NCBI GenBank assembly: GCA_944389095.1
Contig: CALXLC010000032.1
Coordinates: 1 to 60,521 of the forward strand
Origin: an uncultured Alphaproteobacteria bacterium
GTDB taxonomy: Bacteria; Pseudomonadota; Alphaproteobacteria; RF32; CAG-239
Direction of reading: 5' to 3'
DNA length: 60,521 bases
The translations under genes were made by a program, and so were the position numbers. Positions 58,506 through 60,521 of the stretch are shown here, one piece after another; the stretch's first letter is position 1; every line of letters starts with the position of its first letter. The notes beneath the pieces are model-generated. The model was given only the letters and a program-made list of their open reading frames with translations, had not been told where the DNA came from and did not search any database.

Positions 58506-58559
58506 ATACAAAGGCCGGAAGAAAAACTTCCGGCCTCGCTAATTTGAAATTTCAGCAGG

Positions 58560-59858
58560 TTAGCCCTCTGAATCGTCTTTAATCCGCTCAATTTGAGCGC
58601 CGACGCCGCGAAGTTTTTCTTCCAGCTTTTCATAACCGCGGTCAAGATGATAAACACGATTGACGATAGTTTCGCCTTCGGCCACCAGGCCGGCCAGAAT
58701 TAATGCAAACGAAGCGCGCAAATCCGTAGCCATAACCGGCGCCCCTGAAAGCTTTTTAACCCCGCGGACAATTGCCGAAGCATGACCGTGAACATTAATA
58801 TTTGCCCCCATGCGCAACAGTTCAGGAACATGCATAAAGCGGTTTTCAAAAATTGTTTCCGTAATCATTGAAGCGCCTTCCGCCGTCAGCATCAGCGCCA
58901 AAAACTGTGCCTGCAAATCTGTCGGAAAACCGGGAAAAGGCTCGGTCATAATATCTTTGCCGACCAGAGTGCAGCCCTTGGCATCCACCAAAATGCTGTT
59001 TTCGTTTTCGGTCACGCGCACGCCCATATCGCGCAAAACCTGCATCGGACGTTTCAGGGTAGAGGGCAGGGCGTTGACCAACTCAATTTTGCCGCGGGTA
59101 ATTGCCGCCGCCACGGCATAGGAACCGGCCTCAATACGGTCCGGAATAACCTTGTGTTTGGCACCGTGAAGCTTGTCTACGCCGTCAATCGTTAAAACAG
59201 CTGTTCCGATACCTTCGATTTTGGCGCCCATGGCATTCAGCAAATTTGCCAGATCGCCGATTTCCGGCTCTTTGGCGGCGTTTTCCAAAACCGTACGCCC
59301 TTCGGCCAGTGTGGCAGCCATCAAAACATTGCAGGTCGCGCCGACCGATACCATCGGAAAAATGATATGCGCCCCTTTAAGGCGTTTATCGACTTTGGCA
59401 TGAATATAACCGTTTTTGATTTCAATGGATGCGCCCATTTGTTCAAGCGACGAAAGGTGAATATCCATCGGCCGGGCACCGATGGCGCAGCCGCCGGGAA
59501 GCGAAAGCTCGCATTTTCCGTAGCGTGCCAGCAGCGGGCCTAAAACATAATAAGAAGCGCGCATTTTGCGAACATAATCATAAGGCGCCGTCAGGCTGGT
59601 TGCCTCCTTGGTCCGATAAGAATAAGTCTTGGACGGATGATTGTCTGCAAAATCGTCAAACTCGTCGATTTTGGTTCCGAGTTGCTCCAGCAGGGCATTC
59701 ATGGCTTTAATATCCGAAAGCATCGGCATATTGGTAAGCGTTACCGTTTCGTCAGTCAGCAGACTGGCGCAAATGAGGGGTAAGGCGGCGTTTTTGGCTC
59801 CGCTGATATAGATTTTGCCTTCCAGACATTTTCCTCCGGTAATTTTGATTTTATCCAT
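58560..59858 (-). CDS. murA: UDP-GlcNAc 1-carboxyvinyltransferase
   Basis: [47 protein letters not shown]. Confidence 0.97.
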   Translation of the reverse strand: MDKIKITGGKCLEGKIYISGAKNAALPLICASLLTDETVTLTNMPMLSDIKAMNALLEQLGTKIDEFDDFADNHPSKTYSYRTKEATSLTAPYDYVRKMRASYYVLGPLLARYGKCELSLPGGCAIGARPMDIHLSSLEQMGASIEIKNGYIHAKVDKRLKGAHIIFPMVSVGATCNVLMAATLAEGRTVLENAAKEPEIGDLANLLNAMGAKIEGIGTAVLTIDGVDKLHGAKHKVIPDRIEAGSYAVAAAITRGKIELVNALPSTLKRPMQVLRDMGVRVTENENSILVDAKGCTLVGKDIMTEPFPGFPTDLQAQFLALMLTAEGASMITETIFENRFMHVPELLRMGANINVHGHASAIVRGVKKLSGAPVMATDLRASFALILAGLVAEGETIVNRVYHLDRGYEKLEEKLRGVGAQIERIKDDSEG

Positions 59859-59873
59859 GATAGCCTCCTTTGG

Positions 59874-60020
59874 TTAGTTCTGACGGGAATTTGACTTTTG
59901 CCGTTTGGCCTCCTCGCGTTTTTTTTGCTGTTGTTTTCTTTTTTCGAGGTTTTTCTGCAGAGCCTTGGCCTCGCGCTCAAAACGGGCATCTTTGCGGGAA
60001 TTGTTTTTTCTTTCTGTCAT
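59874..60020 (-). CDS. small basic protein (48 aa) upstream of murA, not in the ORF track
   Basis: ATG 60020 with AGGA upstream; MTERKNNSRKDARFEREAKALQKNLEKRKQQQKKREEAKRQKSNSRQN; ends just before the murA RBS. Confidence 0.65.
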   Translation of the reverse strand: MTERKNNSRKDARFEREAKALQKNLEKRKQQQKKREEAKRQKSNSRQN

Positions 60021-60162
60021 TTTAGATCCTGATAAAGTGAGAATACACGGCTTATTTTACTTTTATCCCCATAAGATTAAAAAAATCATAAAAAAGCCAA
60101 AAAATACCTTGATTTTTATAAAATGATTTTGTATGTTACCACTCGAATGACAAGCAAGTCAT

Positions 60163-60237
60163 GCCGCTGTAGCTCAGTGGTAGAGCACGTCATTGGTAAT
60201 GACGGGGTCGCAAGTCCGATTCTTGCCAGCGGCACCA
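60163..60237 (+). tRNA. tRNA-Thr(GGT)
   Basis: Full cloverleaf: GCCGCTG/CAGCGGC acceptor stem, CGTCA-TTGGTAA-TGACG anticodon arm, encoded CCA. Confidence 0.95.
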
Positions 60238-60521
60238 TTTGTCAATTTCAGGCGTTTTTAGCAGTTTGTCGAATGGTTTAATTATTGAAAAACAAAGATT
60301 TTTTCCTTCAGTTTTGCAGTCCGATAATATTAATTTCAAAATGTCTCTTTTTTCAGAAATAATCGGACTTTTTAAGAATTTTCCTACATTTGCAGCTATT
60401 TCCGCGATATTTGCTAGTATTTCATCAGTTTCAGCATCAATCTCAAGGTATCTATCCATATCTTTTTGTAGTTTTTCTTTTTCCATTTCAATTTCAGTTT
60501 TTAATTCATTATACATTTTTT
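60190..60521 (-). mobile_element. C-terminus of a probable large serine recombinase; edge of an island integrated at tRNA-Thr
   Basis: The ORF appears to enter from beyond the window. A coiled coil is followed by EKRDILKLILSD…GKNL…KPF, resembling large serine recombinase C-termini. The sequence becomes abruptly AT-rich after the tRNA CCA, and the ORF reads through the antisense tRNA. Confidence 0.55.

Larger units (their letters stand above)
58037..58536 (+). repeat. promoter-leader RNA-HTH cassette, copy D
   Basis: TTGCAA 58037-58042, TATCAT 58059-58064, leader, ORF 58263-58505, hairpin 58512-58536. Confidence 0.88.

Overview
Mostly core chromosome of an alphaproteobacterium. Gene content and order suggest a Rhodospirillales-like, probably anaerobic or gut-associated lineage; this is inference. 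The window starts in the 3' end of a 5S rRNA and ends at tRNA-Thr(GGT), next to the C-terminus of a probable large serine recombinase, which is likely an island edge. Housekeeping loci include pepF, nrdD/nrdG, yajC-secD-secF, the suf cluster, sucCD, comF, tkt, bamB-der, ptsP-rodZ, prfA, dnaE and murA. The main discovery is a four-copy, transposase-free cassette of about 500-600 bp at 12599-13199(-), 34563-35069(+), 45488-45993(-) and 58037-58536(+). Each copy has a TTGCAA-N16-TATCAT promoter, a ~170-nt structured leader RNA with compensatory base changes, an internal terminator, a small XRE-type HTH gene and a GCCGG terminator. Each leader carries two short variable segments that co-vary with two complementary segments downstream, so every copy has its own two-part code. 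This is reminiscent of phage P1 C4 / P4 CI antisense immunity RNAs, but here there is no phage context. All four copies lie between convergent genes. Other oddities: SucD has Tyr at the phospho-His position, GlmU has only its N-terminal domain, a DEAD-box protein is truncated and degenerate, NrdD is split, two tandem VirB8-like genes face a TolC-Ig fusion, and there is a REP-like cluster.
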